A stretch of DNA of 58,514 nt. It comes from a virus. Lineage: Duplodnaviria; Caudoviricetes. The position numbers and the translations under genes were made by a program. The notes beneath the pieces are model-generated. The model worked only from the letters and a program-made list of their open reading frames with translations, searched no databases and was not told where the DNA came from. Below, piece by piece: positions 25,842-36,700 of the stretch (the first letter of the stretch is position 1; the number at the start of each line of letters is the position of its first letter). Location of the stretch: positions 1-58,514 of the IMG/VR virus record IMGVR_UViG_3300032157_000372, one strand, 5' to 3'.

Positions 25842-26345
25842 ATGGCCAGCGGCGATCAGGTCGTCAAGATCCTGCGCGTGATGCCGCCGGGCGCATCGTT
25901 CGCGTATCTCTCTCGGCTGGCAGGCGGCTCGACGCCGGCCGAGAACATCCTCGCCTGGACGTTCCCGGATGCGGCCGCGACGTATCTTGATTTTCTCTGC
26001 GCGTTGCACGGCTATGGCGGTGGCGGGCTCACGTTCCGGCTCGGCTGGGGCACGCCTGCCACGGCGAACAACGCCGTTTGGCAGCTCGCCATCCGCCGCA
26101 TCGCGGACGACGCCGAGGATCTGGATACGTCCCAGACCTACGATTTCAACACGGTGACGGCCCCCGCCCCGTCCGCCACGCTCGAGCTTTCCTACGACAA
26201 TATCGCCTTTACGAACGGCGCCGACATGGACAACTGGGCGGCGGGCGAGATGGCGATCGTGCGGCTCATGCGGGACCCGGCCAACGGCTCCGACAACCTC
26301 GCCAATACCGCCTATCTGTTCGGGCTCTACGGCTACGAGACCTAA
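25842..26345 (+). CDS. Virion beta-sandwich protein
   Basis: Beta-strand-rich 167-aa ORF in late operon. Confidence 0.55.
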   Translation: MASGDQVVKILRVMPPGASFAYLSRLAGGSTPAENILAWTFPDAAATYLDFLCALHGYGGGGLTFRLGWGTPATANNAVWQLAIRRIADDAEDLDTSQTYDFNTVTAPAPSATLELSYDNIAFTNGADMDNWAAGEMAIVRLMRDPANGSDNLANTAYLFGLYGYET

Positions 26346-26348
26346 CCC

Positions 26349-28274
26349 ATGAGCGTCCGCTTCGACGCCTCGGGCGAATATCTCTCCCGCGCTGCCAACC
26401 TGCCGGGCGTCTCGCTCGGCACGGTCTGGGGGTGGTGCCGAGTGGTTGCCGACGTCGGCGCCGACACCGGCCAACCGATCTGCAATCTCGGCAACACGAC
26501 GAATACCGACTACGCCTACGGCCTCTATTGGGAGGGTATCACAGCCGGCGAGACGATGACGGTGTTGTCGTATGACGACGCCACCGCCACGATCAACGAG
26601 GTCGCCTTCGGCTCCAGGCCCGCCGCCGGGACCGATTTTTTCTGGGCCCTCGTGTGTGCCGGCGCCGGCGCGAACCAGATCACGGCCTACTGGTCGGCCG
26701 CCAACTCCGACACCTGGAACTCGGCGCAGACGACGCAGGTCTCAGGTCAGAGCGCGCCGAATGCGCTCTTCATCGGCCGCGATATTCACAACTTCACTCG
26801 CCTCAATGGTCGCGTAGGATTTGTCGGCTGCGCGGACCGGGCGCTTGCGCTCAACGAGCTGCGCATCCAGAAGTACAGCTCGCTGCTCGCCCGTCCCGAG
26901 AGCGCGAATTTCTTTTGGCCCGCCTACGACGCGACGCAGGCCGGCACGGACTACTCCGGCAGCGGGCGCAATGCCACCGTCAACGGCACGCTGACCACGG
27001 AAGACGGCTTCCCGGTCGCCGACATTTTGCATCCCGATTGGGATGGCGCTCTTGCTGCTGGCGTATCCGGCATCGACGGCACGGCCAACGTCACGCTTGC
27101 CGACGACGCGACGAGTGGCGGTGCTGATGTCAGCATTGACGCAGCCGGCGCACCCAATTTCGCGACCGACGCGATCTCGGGCGCAGCGTCGATCGACGTC
27201 TCGGGCGCAGCGAGCCTCACGCTTGCGACCGACATCGTCGCATCCGCGGCCGCCGTCGACATCGCGGCCGCAGCGACACTCGTGCTTGCCGATGATGCCT
27301 GCGTCGCCGTCGGCATCATCGAGACCCTTGCCTCTGGCACGCCGACGCTCGCCGACGACGCGACGAGCGCGGCGGGCGCGGTCGACATCACGGCCGCAGC
27401 GAGCCTCACACTCGTTGACGACACCGTCTCGGCCGCGGCCGAGGTGCCGATCACGGCCGCGGTCGCGCTCACGCTCACGGACGACACGGTTGCGGCCGCC
27501 GCCGAGCTGCCGATCGGCGCTGCGGCCAGCCTCACGCTCGCCGACGATCTCACGGCCTCGGCCGGCGCGGTCGACATCACGGCCGCGACGGCGGGGACGC
27601 TCGCCGATGACACGCTTTCGGCTTCGGCTGCCGTCGATATCACGGGTACGGCGTCGCCCACGCTCGCCGATGACACGAGTTCGGGCACGATCGGCGACGT
27701 CGGCGCCACGCTCACGGGCACGCTCGCGCTCGCCGACGATACGGTTGCAGCACAGGCCGCCGTCGACATCGACGCGGCAGCGGCGGGAACACTTGCCACC
27801 GACACGACGTCGGGTCAGTCCGCAGTTGCCATCGCAGGCACGGCGTCTCTTGCGCTCGCCGACGATGCGCTGACGGCGGCCGGCGAGGTCGGCAACATTG
27901 CCGCCGCGGCGGGCATCGACCTCGCCAGCGACACGGCCTCCGGCCTTGCGACGGTTACGCTCTCGGGCGGCGCCGACATCACGCTCGCCGACGACGTGAG
28001 CGCCGGCACCGCTGCGGTCGCTATCGCGGGAGCGGTCAATCTCACGCTCGCCGACGACACGGTTTCGGGCAACACGGGCGACCAGATCACGGGTGCGCTC
28101 GGGACGACGCTTGCCGACGGCACGGTCGCGGGCGCAATCGTCGTTGACGTCGGCTACCTGTTCACCGTGCGCATGCCCCCCGTGCACACGTTTTCCTGCC
28201 CGCTGCCGGCGCGCCATGACTTCACGGTGCTCATGCCGGCCGTGCACACGTTCACGGTGCGGAGAGCGGCATGA
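26349..28274 (+). CDS. Fibre-like protein: LamG/ConA-like N-terminus plus about 17 21-aa repeats
   Basis: LFIGR...LNGRVG...RALALNEL...DYSGSGRNAT; TLADDT repeats. Confidence 0.7.
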   Translation: MSVRFDASGEYLSRAANLPGVSLGTVWGWCRVVADVGADTGQPICNLGNTTNTDYAYGLYWEGITAGETMTVLSYDDATATINEVAFGSRPAAGTDFFWALVCAGAGANQITAYWSAANSDTWNSAQTTQVSGQSAPNALFIGRDIHNFTRLNGRVGFVGCADRALALNELRIQKYSSLLARPESANFFWPAYDATQAGTDYSGSGRNATVNGTLTTEDGFPVADILHPDWDGALAAGVSGIDGTANVTLADDATSGGADVSIDAAGAPNFATDAISGAASIDVSGAASLTLATDIVASAAAVDIAAAATLVLADDACVAVGIIETLASGTPTLADDATSAAGAVDITAAASLTLVDDTVSAAAEVPITAAVALTLTDDTVAAAAELPIGAAASLTLADDLTASAGAVDITAATAGTLADDTLSASAAVDITGTASPTLADDTSSGTIGDVGATLTGTLALADDTVAAQAAVDIDAAAAGTLATDTTSGQSAVAIAGTASLALADDALTAAGEVGNIAAAAGIDLASDTASGLATVTLSGGADITLADDVSAGTAAVAIAGAVNLTLADDTVSGNTGDQITGALGTTLADGTVAGAIVVDVGYLFTVRMPPVHTFSCPLPARHDFTVLMPAVHTFTVRRAA

Positions 28275-28630
28275 CGACCACCAACATCGCGGGCTACGTC
28301 GCAGGCGACACGCTGCGCGCGCGTTTTCTCGTGCGCACGCCCGACAACTCTGGCCCGCAGGACCTGACCGGCGCCACTGTCATCTGGCGCGCCACCGACA
28401 TGCCGACCAAGGGCGGCGTTCCCGGCGCGGTGAAGGTCACGCGCACGGCGGGGGCCGGCATCACGCTCACCGACATCGCGGGCGGCGTCGTCGATCTCTT
28501 CGTCGCCAGGGGCCTGCTCAAGTGGGTGCAGAACTATTTCCACGAGCTCGAGGTGACGCTGCCCTCGGGCGAGAGCTACACGCCGGCGACGGGGCAGATC
28601 GTGGCCGCGCCGGCCATCGATCGCGAGTGA
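28271..28630 (+). CDS. BppU-like Ig-fold adaptor
   Basis: GDT...DLTGATV...G...YFHELEVT...TGQI pattern. Confidence 0.6.
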   Translation: MTTTNIAGYVAGDTLRARFLVRTPDNSGPQDLTGATVIWRATDMPTKGGVPGAVKVTRTAGAGITLTDIAGGVVDLFVARGLLKWVQNYFHELEVTLPSGESYTPATGQIVAAPAIDRE

Positions 28631-28634
28631 CGCC

Positions 28635-29240
28635 ATGACCGGCATCACCATAGATCTCGACATGCGCGAGTTCTCGAAGAAGGCGCGCCAGATGGGCATC
28701 TTCGCCGAGGATCAGCTCCCGTTCGCGCTCGCCAATTCGCTCAACGACACGATGTTCCAGGATACGCGCCCGCAGATCATCGGGCCGACCTGGGCGAGCG
28801 CGTTCACGGTGCGCAACTCGGGGCTGCCGCGTGCTGCGATCCGCGTCGAGAAGGCGACGAAGAAGGCGCTCACGGCAGGCGTGTACGATGCGCTCGGCAA
28901 GGTCGACCTGGCCCAACACGCCGACGGGGGCGAGAAGACGCACTCGGGGACGATCGCAGTTCCTGTTCGTGACAAGGTCCGCCTGCATGCGCGCGGCAAG
29001 ACGCCGTGGGCTAAGGAGCTGGAGCGCCGCTTCGGTCGTCGCGCCGTGAGGAAGACGGCGCGCGGCCTGTTCGTGGGCAAGGGCGGGCGGCTGCATCTTT
29101 GGTTTTCGTTCACGCAATCAGCACACCTCGACAAGCGTTTTGCGTTCTACGAGGACTTCGAGCGCGTGTCTGTGTCGGGCATCGTGCGCCGCTTCCCAGC
29201 CCACATCCAACGCGCGATCGCCTCTGCGTTCGGACGCTGA
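28635..29240 (+). CDS. Tail completion protein (lambda gpZ-like)
   Basis: QLPFALANSLNDT...FT motif; basic; immediately upstream of cos/terS. Confidence 0.6.
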   Translation: MTGITIDLDMREFSKKARQMGIFAEDQLPFALANSLNDTMFQDTRPQIIGPTWASAFTVRNSGLPRAAIRVEKATKKALTAGVYDALGKVDLAQHADGGEKTHSGTIAVPVRDKVRLHARGKTPWAKELERRFGRRAVRKTARGLFVGKGGRLHLWFSFTQSAHLDKRFAFYEDFERVSVSGIVRRFPAHIQRAIASAFGR

Positions 29241-29260
29241 GAGCGAGGCGCGCGCTCGTC

Positions 29261-29317
29261 GGGTCCTTTCCACAAATCGCCCCCACGCGGGTCACGCCCG
29301 ACCGCGAGGGATCGCTA
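29261..29317 (+). other. Lambda-like cos site
   Basis: GGGTCCTTTCC (lambda cosQ context), 23 nt, 12 nt, then CGCG-N5-TCGCTA; directly upstream of terS. Confidence 0.75.
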
Positions 29318-29349
29318 GAGACAGCATTTTTTTGGGGGGATTCCGCCAC

Positions 29350-29820
29350 ATGGCGACGCAGAGCGAATGCGCCGAGTGGCTTGATCTTTCCGAGCGCCGT
29401 TTCCGCGAGCTTCTCGATCAAGGCGCGATCGAGCGCGCCGAGAAAGGCCAGTACGACCTCAAATCCGTCGTGCAGCAGTACGTGCGCAACATCCGCGAAG
29501 TCGCCGCGGGGCGCGGCGGAGGCGAAGCGCAGACCGTCAAGGCCGATGAGGAAGCACGCTTGCTAAGGGCGAAGGCGGACAAGGCTGAGATGGAAGCCCA
29601 GGAGATGCGCGGCGATCTCGTGCCGGCTGCGCAGATCGCCGACACCGTCAACTCAGCCGTCATCATCATGAAAACGAGGTTAGGTGCCGTGCCGGCGAAG
29701 GCCGCACCCCTCGTCGCCGGCGTCAAATCGATCCCGGCCGTCGAGCGAGTGATCCGTGACAACATCGAGGAGGCGCTCGACGAGCTCTCGAAAACAGAGA
29801 TCGTCTCCGCCGCAGCTTGA
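29350..29820 (+). CDS. terS: Terminase small subunit (Nu1-like)
   Basis: N-terminal wHTH MATQSECAEWLDLSERRF...YDL; coiled coil. Confidence 0.88.
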   Translation: MATQSECAEWLDLSERRFRELLDQGAIERAEKGQYDLKSVVQQYVRNIREVAAGRGGGEAQTVKADEEARLLRAKADKAEMEAQEMRGDLVPAAQIADTVNSAVIIMKTRLGAVPAKAAPLVAGVKSIPAVERVIRDNIEEALDELSKTEIVSAAA

Positions 29821-31792
29821 TCTTCGACACGTCCACCCGGCCCTCGCCCGCGTCATCGCGCAAGCGTTCACTCTTTGTGCGCCGCCGCCCAAGCTTACCG
29901 TCAGCCAATGGGCCGACGCGCACCGTATCCTCTCGCCCGAGGACAGCGCCGAGCCAGGCCGCTGGCGCACGTCGCGCATGGAACCCATGCGCGAGATCAT
30001 GGACACCTACAACGATCCGCTGATCGAGGAGACGGTCACTCAAAAAGGCACGCAAATCGGCTGGACGGCGGTCCTCGGAAACGTCGCCGGCTTCGTGATC
30101 GACCAGGACCCGGCGCCGACGCTGCTCATGCAGCCGACGAAGGCGATGGCCGAGGAATGGTCGAAAGCCCGCCTCGCGCCGATGCTGCGCGACACGACGC
30201 GCCTGCGCGGCAAGGTCAAGGACCCGCGCTCGCGCGATTCCGGGAACACGATCCTGAACAAGGAATTCCCCGGCGGGCGCCTCGCCATCATCGGCGCCAA
30301 CGCGCCGGCCGAGATCGCGAGCCGCCCGATCAAGGTCGTACTCTGCGACGAGATCGACCGCTATCCGCTATCGGCCGGCACCGAAGGCGACCCGATGAAG
30401 CTCGCCGAGAAGCGGCAAGAGACGTTCTGGAACCGCAAACGGTTCAAAGGCTCGAGCCCGACCGTGAAAGGCCGTTCCGCCGTCGAGCGCGAATACGCGC
30501 GATCCGACAAGCGCCGCTACTATGTCGCTTGCCCGCACTGCGACCATCACCAGACGCTCCGCTGGGAGCAGGTGAAATGGGACAAGGTCAAGGGCGCCGA
30601 CGGCAAGAAGGTGCACGCGCCCGAGACTGCGCACTACCAGTGCGAGGATTGCGGCACGCTATGGAGCGATGCCGAGCGCTGGCAGGCAGTCGCGGCGGCG
30701 CCTAAGAAGGGCGCCGGCTGGAAGGCGACGGCGCCATTCCGCGGCATCGCGGGCTTCCACCTCTCGCAGCTCTACTCGAGCTGGGTGAAGCTCGAGAAGA
30801 TGGTGACGGAATTCCTCACCGCCTACGGCAAGCTGCCGGGCACGCATCCCGACGTCGAGCTCATGAAGGTGTTCACGAACACCGTGCTCGCCGAGACGTG
30901 GGAGGAGGAAGGCGAGACCGTCGACAAGTCGGGCATCAACAACCGCGGCGAGCACTACGGGCCCGACGACCTGCCCGAGCAGGCGCTCATCGCGACCGCC
31001 GGCGTCGACGTCCAAGGCAACCGCCTCGAGGTGCAGCTCATCGCGTGGGGCGCGGGCGAGGAATCCTGGCCGGCGCTCTACTTCGTGATCTCTGGCGATC
31101 CGGCGCAAGACCAGGTGTGGTCCGAGCTCGACGATCTCCTGCGCGAACCGCTGAGAACCGCAAGCGGCCGCCTGGTGCGCATCCGCGCGACGTGCGTCGA
31201 CACCGGCGGCCATCACGCCGCGCAGGTGCACGCCTTCTGCAAGAACAAGCTCGGCCGGCGCATCTATCCGATCGTCGGCGTCGCTGGCGCGAAGAAAATC
31301 TGGCCCGTCCGTGCCTCGCGATCGAAGCACGGCCACGTCTACTCGATCGGCGTCGACACGGCCAAGGATCAGATCCACGGTCGCCTGAAGATCCCGGCGA
31401 AAGCCCCGGACGAGGCCAATCCCGGTTTCATCCATTTTCCGCTTCCGAACGAGGACGCACGCACGGACGGCTTCAACGACGACTATTTCGACCAGTTGAC
31501 CGTCGAGAAGGTCGAGACGCGCTACCGCGAGGGCAAGCCCTACCGCGTGTGGACGAAGAAACCGGGCGAGCGCAACGAGGCGTTCGACACGTTCGTCTAC
31601 GCGCTCGCGGCGCGCATGAGCCTCCCTTGGAAGCTGCGCGCCGTCGTCTCCGAGCCCGACGCCGAGTCGGCCGTGCGTGCGCCGAGGCCGAAAGAGCAAG
31701 CGCCGGCGCCAGTCGTTGCCGCGCGCGCCGTCAGGCTCATCACAAAACCGCGCCGTGACCCGGCTGCGATCGCAAGGATGTTCAGGCGATGA
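29756..31792 (+). CDS. terL: Terminase large subunit (GpA family)
   Basis: KGTQIGWT Walker A, LCDEIDRY, SSPT, CPHC, GVDVQ, DTGG, RNEAFD; start uncertain. Confidence 0.95.
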   Translation: MTTSRRRSTSSRKQRSSPPQLDLRHVHPALARVIAQAFTLCAPPPKLTVSQWADAHRILSPEDSAEPGRWRTSRMEPMREIMDTYNDPLIEETVTQKGTQIGWTAVLGNVAGFVIDQDPAPTLLMQPTKAMAEEWSKARLAPMLRDTTRLRGKVKDPRSRDSGNTILNKEFPGGRLAIIGANAPAEIASRPIKVVLCDEIDRYPLSAGTEGDPMKLAEKRQETFWNRKRFKGSSPTVKGRSAVEREYARSDKRRYYVACPHCDHHQTLRWEQVKWDKVKGADGKKVHAPETAHYQCEDCGTLWSDAERWQAVAAAPKKGAGWKATAPFRGIAGFHLSQLYSSWVKLEKMVTEFLTAYGKLPGTHPDVELMKVFTNTVLAETWEEEGETVDKSGINNRGEHYGPDDLPEQALIATAGVDVQGNRLEVQLIAWGAGEESWPALYFVISGDPAQDQVWSELDDLLREPLRTASGRLVRIRATCVDTGGHHAAQVHAFCKNKLGRRIYPIVGVAGAKKIWPVRASRSKHGHVYSIGVDTAKDQIHGRLKIPAKAPDEANPGFIHFPLPNEDARTDGFNDDYFDQLTVEKVETRYREGKPYRVWTKKPGERNEAFDTFVYALAARMSLPWKLRAVVSEPDAESAVRAPRPKEQAPAPVVAARAVRLITKPRRDPAAIARMFRR

Positions 31793-32031
31793 CGGACGAG
31801 GAAAAAGCGCGCCTACAGGCGATCTTCGACGCCATCATTGCGAAAACGACCGGTCGCCAGGTGAGCCAGGCCGGCCACAAGGACAAGCAGACGAGCTTCG
31901 CCAGCGTCCCGCTCGCCGAGATGATCCGCCTCTACCGCATGCTGTGGAAAGCAGAGAGCGGATTGCCTCTCCTCGACGACGTCGGCCAGCCCTTCGTCAA
32001 GCGCGGGCCGCCCGCGCGCCACTACCACTAG
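31789..32031 (+). CDS. Head-tail joining protein (gpW-like)
   Basis: Small ORF between terL and portal. Confidence 0.7.
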   Translation: MTDEEKARLQAIFDAIIAKTTGRQVSQAGHKDKQTSFASVPLAEMIRLYRMLWKAESGLPLLDDVGQPFVKRGPPARHYH

Positions 32032-32040
32032 GGAGCGCCC

Positions 32041-33660
32041 ATGCAGTCTGCAGCACAGACGGCCGCGCCCGCCAAGCGCATTCCGTTCCGCGACGCGCTC
32101 GCCTCGCGCATGATGGCGGGCTCGAGCTCGGCCTACGCCGCGGCCTCGCAGTTCGATCGCCAGATCGCGCTCTGGAACCCGGCGCTGCGCTCGGCCGACG
32201 CCGAAGTGCTGCGCGACGCGGCGAAAATCCGCGCTCGCGCGCGCGATCTCTACCGCAATCATCCCTACGGCAAGCAGATCGTCCGCATGGCGGTCCTCGC
32301 CGTGGTCGGCAAAAAGCTCCGCTACGCGTCCAAGATCAATCACGTGTTCCTCGGCATCGACGAGGAAGAGGCGGAACGCTGGGACGGCGAATTCTCGCGC
32401 CTCTGGGAGCAGTACGCGCACGGGCCAGGCGCCTGGGTCGACGCCGGCCGGCGCCTCAACTTCTCGGCCTTCATGCGCCTTGCCTTGCGCTCGCGCATGG
32501 TCGACGGCGAGGCGCTCGTCGCCGCCGAGTGGATGCGCGGCCGCAGGTGGAAGACCTGCTTTCAGCTCGTCGACGTCGACCGGCTGTCGAATCCGCACGG
32601 ACGGCCCGACAGCGCCTACCTCAAGGGCGGCGTGGTGCTCGACGACGGCTCGGCGCCAGTCGGCTACCACATTCGCAACGGGCACCCGGCCGACATCGGC
32701 GTCACGGCGCCGCTGCGCACCAACACCTGGACGCTCGTGCCGCGAGAGACGGCCTGGGGCCGCCCGGTGATGCTGCACTCCTACCTGCAGGAGCGCGCCG
32801 AGCAGACGCGCGGCATCTCTGATTTCACGACCGTCATTCGCGCCATGCGCATGCAGCAGGAGTTCAGCGAGGCCGATCTCGCCTCCGCCATGATGCAAGC
32901 GATGTACGCGCTCGTCATCAAGTCGAATGCCGACTGGTCGAAGGCCATGGAAGCGATCGGCGGCGAGGTCGAGGTCGACGACAACGGCAACCCGGTCAAT
33001 CCGATGATGGCGATGGCGCTCGACCAGCTCGCGACCGCCGCCGCCTACCACAATGAGGCGAAAATCATCGGCTTCGACGGCGGCCGAATCCCGCACCTGG
33101 TGCCGGGAGAAGAGCTGCAGATGCTGTCGCCCGAGAACAAGGCGTCGAACGCGGCTGAGTTCACGAAATCTGCCGTCAAGCAGTTCGCCGCCGGCCTCGG
33201 CGCCGACCCGATCTCGGTCTCCCAGGACTATTCCGACGTCAACTACTCGTCGGCGCGCATGTCGGTCGCCTCGAATTGGCGCGCGCACGAGGTGACGCGC
33301 GGCGACCTGGTCTACGACATCGGCATGCCGATGGTGCAGGCCTTCCTCGAGGAGGTCGTGCACGCTGGCGTGCTCAAGCTGCCGAAGGGCGTCAAGGAGA
33401 CCGATTTCTACGACGCGCTGCCCGCGCTCTGCTCGGGCAATTTCCTGACCGGCGGCCCGCCGATGCTCGATCCCATGAAGGAGCGCCAGGGCCAGCAGAT
33501 GGGCTGGTCGCTCGGCCTCGACACGCTCGAGGAGATGGGCGCCGAGGAAGGCGACGACTGGAAAGAGAAGATCCGTCAGAAGGGGCGCGAGATCCGCTTC
33601 ATGCGCGAGCAGCGCGTGCCGCTGCCGGGCGAGCCTGTCGTGCCGCCGATGGCGCCTTAG
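32041..33660 (+). CDS. Portal protein, lambda family
   Basis: RARARDLYRN, VDGE, QTRGIS, DYSDVNYSSAR, DPMKE. Confidence 0.95.
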   Translation: MQSAAQTAAPAKRIPFRDALASRMMAGSSSAYAAASQFDRQIALWNPALRSADAEVLRDAAKIRARARDLYRNHPYGKQIVRMAVLAVVGKKLRYASKINHVFLGIDEEEAERWDGEFSRLWEQYAHGPGAWVDAGRRLNFSAFMRLALRSRMVDGEALVAAEWMRGRRWKTCFQLVDVDRLSNPHGRPDSAYLKGGVVLDDGSAPVGYHIRNGHPADIGVTAPLRTNTWTLVPRETAWGRPVMLHSYLQERAEQTRGISDFTTVIRAMRMQQEFSEADLASAMMQAMYALVIKSNADWSKAMEAIGGEVEVDDNGNPVNPMMAMALDQLATAAAYHNEAKIIGFDGGRIPHLVPGEELQMLSPENKASNAAEFTKSAVKQFAAGLGADPISVSQDYSDVNYSSARMSVASNWRAHEVTRGDLVYDIGMPMVQAFLEEVVHAGVLKLPKGVKETDFYDALPALCSGNFLTGGPPMLDPMKERQGQQMGWSLGLDTLEEMGAEEGDDWKEKIRQKGREIRFMREQRVPLPGEPVVPPMAP

Positions 33661-33703
33661 GCTGTGGCCGACGACGAAAAAACGAAGAAATCGGGCAAGG
33701 ACG

Positions 33704-36700
33704 ATGGCTAAGGAGCCGCTGCCGCGCAACTGGAAGGCCATGCGCGCCGATCGCGTGCTCGCCATGGCCGAGAACCGTTTCGGACGGCGCTTTTCGTCGA
33801 AGGCGGCGGCGATCGCCGAGCTATCGCGGCTTCCCAACGCCGAGCAGCGCTCGCTCAAGAAGGTTGCGGTCTCGAAAAGCGAGGCTGTGCGGCGTGCTGG
33901 TGCGTCTGACCGCATGATTTCAGGCATGTCGCAGGGGCAGAGACCGATGGCTGGCATTGCGGACGAGATCAAGGGCCTGAAGAAGGCGGACCTGCAGGCG
34001 ATCGCGCGCGAGGTGAGCGTCAGCACCAAAGGCAGCGTCTCGCAGCTCAGGGCCTCGATTGTGAAGCGCGCCACCGAGCATGCGCGCTTCGCCGCCAAGA
34101 ATTCTGTTGCTGGCCAGCTCGGCATAGGCATGGTGCTCGGCGGCACTGTCGACCAGTCCAAGGTGCGCTCCGCGACGGCGGCCGGCCGCGCCGAGATGGA
34201 GCAGCGCATCAGGGCCGCGATTTCCAAGGTCCGCGGCGGAGGCAGCGCGAGCAGCTCCGTCGAGGCGCTGTCGGCGAAAATCAACGCCACGCTAAAGAGC
34301 CCGACGCGCGAAAGCATCGCCGCCGTGCGCCAGGAGCTTGCCGCGGCGCGCCTCTCGAAGGTCGATGCGCATGCCATCGCGAAGGCCACAGAGCTGCCCG
34401 TCAAGGCGGCGTCGGCGGCCAAGGCGGTCACGGGCCGCCTCGACAAGCGGCTCGGGAGCCTCGCGAGCTTTCTTGCCAAGAAGGCCGCCGTCGGCGGCCG
34501 CGGCGCGGCCGGCATCGCGCTCGGCATAGCCGCGGGCGGCCTCGCGCTCGCCATGACCTCGCGCCAGTCCGAGGCCGCCGAGGGCAAGAAGCGCAACAAG
34601 GGCCCATCGGCGAACACGGTCAAGGCGAAAGAGGCCGAGGCGAACAAGGCCAAGGCGGAAGCCGAGCGGGCCGCCTCCGAATCGCGCGCGCGCGAAGCGG
34701 AAGCCCAGGCCCGCGCCCGCGAGGCCGAGGCGAAGGCCGCCGAGCGCAAGTCCGCCGAGGAGACGAAGCGCGAGGACGCGCGCATCAAGGCCGAGGAGCG
34801 GAAGCTCCGCGCCGGTCGCGAAGGCTACGCCGCGAACCTCAACCTGGCCGCGACCGCGGCCGGCATCGTCGGCGGCGTCGTCGCCGGCAAAAAGATCGCA
34901 GGCAAGGTCAAGGCCGACGACATCGCGGCCGAGAAGCTGCGCACGCGCCAGGCCAAACAACTCGCCGCCGCCGCCAAGGGCGGCAAGGGCGCTTCATCGC
35001 TCAAGGCGGTCGCCAAGACGGCTGCCGACATGAAAATCGTTCGCGCCGAATCGCGCAGTGCGCGGGCTATGAACGTCGCCGGCAAGATCGGTCTGCCCTA
35101 TGCGGCCGCTCTCGTTGTCGAGGGCGTGATCGCGCGCCAGGTCGCTGCCGAGCTCGAGGAGCGCGGTAACGTCGAGGGCGCGGCGATCGCCCGCGGCGTC
35201 GGCATGGCCGGCACCGTGGCGGCGGCGACGCTGATCGGCTCGCGCTCGACCGACCTCGCGTTCCCGACCAAGGCCCCGAACGCCGGCCACGTCGCGAAAA
35301 TCGAAAAGGCGCGCATTGACGCGGCCGAGAAGCCGAAGCGCCGCGCCGCGCGCACGAAAGCGGCCGCCGTCAAGGGCGATCCTGTGGCACAGCTCGCCAA
35401 AAACACGGGCGCGACGCTTTCGAAGGGCGCCAAGGCGCCGGCCGCGGCCGTCGCCGCCGCCGGCAAGGGCCCCGCCGGCTGGTCGGACGCTGCCCGCGCA
35501 GCCTCGGCGAAGGTGCGCGCCGCGAACGCGAATCCTGCCGTCCCGCCGCTGATGGAGAAGCAGCCGGCCGCGGCGAAGGCCCCGAATGCAGCGGCAGCCA
35601 AGGCCGCCGCTCCCAAGGCGCCCAAGGTGGCGACGGCGCCGAAGGTGCCGCCGGTCAAGGATCTGCGCGCGATGGCGAAGGCCGAGGGCGTCAAGGGCGC
35701 TCTCTCGATGAGCAAGAATGCGCTCGCCGCGACGTTGCGCGGGCTCGGCAAGCTGGTGCTGCCAGCCGCGATCGGCCTCACGGGCTATGCGGCCTTCCAG
35801 GACGAGGCCGCGGCCGCCGAGGCCAGCGGCGGTGACGCAACGGCGCAGGGCGCCACGGCCGCGACCAAGGCCATCACCGATTACCTCACCTTCGGCGCCG
35901 GCTCCGAGACGGAGAGATTGATGGCGGCCGGCAAGAGCCGCGGCGAGGCCGTCGCGCGCGGGATTGCCGTCGGCGCGATCAACACGGCGACGCTCGGCAC
36001 GGTGACCGCGCTCGACGAGGTCTACAAGGATCAGGGCGGCGCCGCCGCCTACGTCTTCGACAGCGTGCGCGACGCGGTCGGACATCTCGCGCGTGGCGTC
36101 AAAAAGGGTGTCGAGGTCGCGAAGTCCCGCCAGTCGGGCGAGGGCGAGCCGTCGAAATCCAGCGGCGCGGGCGAGGCGATGGCCGGCGCGGCCGCGGTCG
36201 GCGTCGGCATGGCCGACCACAAGTTCAGCAAGGCGCGGGGCAAGGCGCTGATCGCCGTCGGCGCCGGGCTCATCCTCGACGCCGCGATGAGGTCGGACGC
36301 CAAGGCCGAAGAGGCGCCCAAGGGCGGCCCGGTCGGCTTCCAGAACGAGGCGACGCTCAACGCCGCGCTCGAGGCGCAGGGCAAGGCTGCCTCGGGCGAG
36401 GGAAAGAAGGACGACACGGTCGACCGTGTCACCGACGGCGCCCTCGGCGTGGCGGCCGCCGGCTTCGGCGCAGCCCTCCTCAAGGAGGGGCGCCACAAGA
36501 TTGCCGGCCCCGCATTCCTTGCGCTCGGCACGGGAATGGTGCTGAGCGCGCTGGCGGGTGACGCCGACGCGGCCGAAGCGCCGAAGGGCATGCCGAAAGG
36601 AGCTGACGCGGAGAAATCCGACGCCGGCGTCGGCGCCGGGCTCACAGCGACGGGCGCCGTGCTCGCCGGCGGCGGCATCACGGCGATGAAGTTCGGCGCC

